Positions 60,801-64,000 of a stretch of DNA of 64,000 bases are shown here, piece after piece. The DNA lies in contig OZ037771.1 of the NCBI GenBank assembly GCA_964035545.1, positions 12,895,133 through 12,959,132 on the forward strand, read 5' to 3'. The stretch's first letter is position 1. Each line of letters begins with the position of its first letter. Under the pieces are notes generated by a model. That model searched no databases. It had not been told where the DNA came from and saw nothing but the letters and a program-made list of their open reading frames with translations. Origin of the DNA: Bugula neritina. Taxonomy: Eukaryota > Animalia > Bryozoa. The translations under genes were made by a program, and so were the position numbers.

Positions 60801-63800
60801 ATCGGTGAAATAATATGATATAAAGTATAATCATTAAATCATAGTAAGTTGTTAATATAAAAAATAACATACTGTAAGTGTAAGCATACTATTTCTAGAA
60901 ATTCATCTAGCTTACCTTTGTAAAAAACAATCAAATTAAAAGTTGACTATTCTTAAAATGATTACCAGACTTGTACGAAAAGCTGAATAAAGAAGTTATA
61001 ACCTGCACTAACGGCATCTGAGAAACTTGTGAGGGGGAGAGATGAAACACGGCACACCAGGGATAGAAAAACATGAATAACCACAACAAACCACACGAAA
61101 CTTGAACGCAGAATCTCTCTTGCAACTAGATAAGATTAAAAAGTTTGTTTAGCTTGTGGTCGCAGCTACTGATTGCAGTTGGTTTCTAAATAAAAAGAAT
61201 CAAGTTTAATATTATTTTCTTAAAAAACCATATCGCATATCATAGGCTGTACTTACCACAAGCCTTCGGGAGGTACGAGATTAATTTAGAAATACAATTT
61301 GATAATCTTGGATTAAAAATGATAAATTAGAATATATTAAATATGCATTATTCTGTTTGTACTCACATGTGCCCACAACAATAATAGTCCTTAAATCAAC
61401 ACCTCGGGTAACTTACAATTTAATCCTACAGTGCGAATACAAGGTTTGTGGGCCCCCAGCTCTCTACCTAACACAATGAGATGGCCAACTACAATGTTAG
61501 TCTTGCCTGATGCATGCAGCGTGCCTGAGTGCTTTCTAGGATAACAATTATTGTAATGGGCACATTCAAAGACCCAGGGTCATTAATCAAATACTCGCCA
61601 AATTATGAATGGGCAGAGGGTGACAATTAGTCACGTGATGCTGATTAACAGACCCGGTGCTGCGGGGCCAGCAAATATTTTAAAAGTTGTTTACATGAGT
61701 TGTGTTGATGTTTATACAGCTGTAATTAGATACTATAGCAAACTCTGTTTACTGTAGCCATCTCAGTGACATAGTTTAAACAGATAAATGTAGTAAATTA
61801 TGACAGTTATGTTTTACAAGGTTGAGTGTCATATTCAAATAATTCCTAAATAATCTCGGTCCCTCAAGAGTATGAATAAAATAATCCTGCAAAGTTGCTC
61901 TGTAATTTAGTCAAATTACAAGGTAACTCCAGCTTCAAATTTAATTGCATTCTTTCTTTTCATTTAAATCCAAAAGGGCACAAGCCTTTATACATTTTCG
62001 AATTCTGCTCTTACAGCTTACCTGTTACGCCACTTTGGTTAGCCTCTCTCTGAGCTTTAAATACGAGTTTATTCAACATGCTTCGGCAACAGAAATCCAA
62101 CAGAAACTGATTTTCCGGTCAATAAAGTTACTAAAAGTTGCATTCATTAAAACGCAACAGCTATTTCAAGATGTGCACTAAATCTGCCTACAGCATGTTA
62201 GCTTTCGTAAAGGAGATAAAAGAATTCATTAGCCTTTCTTATTTGACATTCCCCAAAATCAGAGCCACTCAAGTATCACCTCATCTACTAGCAGGTTTCC
62301 GGTGTCATAGAAAATCTCGGAGCATTGTTCGTGATTACAAGGGGTTGAATAATCATCCCTCAAAAAGATTTCATCAAAAGATTTCGTGAAAACAGAAGCA
62401 CAACAGGTGATCACGTAACCTAATCTAAGCTAATACAATAGCACCTTTCATCAGCTCACAATATAATACTAGCCCAGTGCAAGTCTTGGAACAATCCATT
62501 CAGTAAAGCTTTTACCTCTCCTGTTTAAACTACTCACACCTCTCCCCTTACAGTATGAGTGAAACACAGTAATAAGCAACTGTTGACCAATAAACTATCA
62601 GATTTGCAATCACAACAAACAAAATTTGAAAGAGAAAGTGCCACATTTTGAACACCCTTGAGTCATTTTTAAATTGACTAATTGCAGTAATTTCACTTTT
62701 ATTTTGCTGCAAAATGAATTGAAGCAAATTGCTCCTATGATACGTTTTATTGAATAAATTAGACTCAAAAGCTTATAGGGGGTTCTACCAGTAAACCTGC
62801 ACCCTCTCTCTGAATTGTATAAGCCAGCTTTAATCTAACAGTGACTCCCCCACAACCAAAAGATTATCCTAAACAGAATTTATGAAATCCCCCTTATTGT
62901 TTCACCCAGTGTGTTTAGACATTCACTCTTCGTGTCAGTTTCCTAATCTGTTTGGTATTTCAAACAACTCAACAAGACTACATGCTGAAAACTTGCATAC
63001 CACACTTGGAGTTATCAGCTCAAATCAAGAGTAAACAACTCCAGAAACTTTTACACAATTATTACTAAGCATTCAGTGAACAAAGCCTTGGAAATGCCAG
63101 TGTGGAGTTTTTAGGTGCATCATAAAAATCTAATCAAGTTTTTTCTCTGATTCACTGGACAAACTAGAACATAAATGTAAATTAATTGCTTCCAGAACAA
63201 TATTTAGCTCATTAGAAATAGTCTACACCAGCATAATATGATGATTTATAGGTACTCAGACTTAAACAAATGATGTCATCAGGATATACTATGCTGACTA
63301 ATACTTCTAAACATCTTGGCTGACAATCTCAATACCCATGAAAAAAAGGCCCTGTCAGACTATCATTTGGTGAACAGTTCTATAAGTTTTCCAAGTTTTC
63401 CAGTTTTCCAAAGATAAGACAATTCTACAGAGCGGGTTTTGTAAGACAAGGGTGAAGGCGCTATGTTGAGTCACACTTTATCGTAGGGTTGACTGAATTA
63501 AATGTACTTTTACTAACTTAAAAAACCAAATGTTGGAATAATTTCATGATTTATTAAGATAATATTAAATCTCTCACATTCTTCAGTTATTTGTTTATTT
63601 ACACATTGAAATCACTTACTAGCTTTTATCAAACTCAGAAAAAATCTAATTGCATCACAATACTAAATTAATTCACAGTGTCCTAAACTTAGATTTGTAA
63701 CTTTTGGTTTGGGTTTATTTCATGGGCAGACAACTTACTTTGCTTTAAATATTTATTAGAATTAGTTCTACTCAAAAAACAACATAAATTCCGCATCTCC

Positions 63801-64000
63801 TCATTTCTAAGACACAGGCATTGTAATGAATATCACGCCTTAACTAATGAGATTATAAACACAAACCCAACAAATATAGATAAACTTAAATGATAATCTG
63901 GCAGAAGGTGATGGAAAGTCAATTTTGCGGAAAAAATATTCAGAGAGCAGAATACAAAAATTCCTCTTGGAGAGGTTGATCCCTCCCCCCCCCCAAATAA

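Noticed and set aside
60915-61340. Candidate first exons of the RhoGAP gene (minus-strand gtaag donors near 60915 and 61256)
   Set aside because: In the required phase 1, both hit upstream stops before any ATG. The true first exon is unidentified and may lie outside the window.

Overview
AT-rich, intron-rich animal (invertebrate-like) genomic DNA with no prokaryotic features; I cannot identify the species. All gene models were spliced by hand from GT-AG sites and reading-frame continuity. From left to right: (1) the 5' end of a minus-strand gene for a signal-peptide protein, head-to-head with (2) a 17-coding-exon, ~887-aa RIG-I-like receptor helicase (3538-15027, +). It has all SF2 motifs and a Zn-binding C-terminal domain but no recognisable CARD; its acidic N-terminal extension carries an eIF4E-binding-like motif, and its intron 2 holds a dense NF-kB/AP-1/ISRE-like cluster. 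(3) A cluster of four 3-exon Ly6/uPAR (three-finger, quiver/sleepless-like) genes plus a pseudogene, arranged as two divergent groups. (4) Between those groups, a ~5.3 kb TTAA-flanked Kolobok-like DNA transposon, nested in a MITE and carrying a decayed, intron-containing gene resembling the P2X7 'ballast' Cys domain. (5) Most of a DLC1/STARD13-type SAM-RhoGAP-START gene (minus strand, 46852-57827; first exon not found). tRNA-derived SINEs, LINE fragments, MITE hairpins and tandem repeats are scattered throughout.
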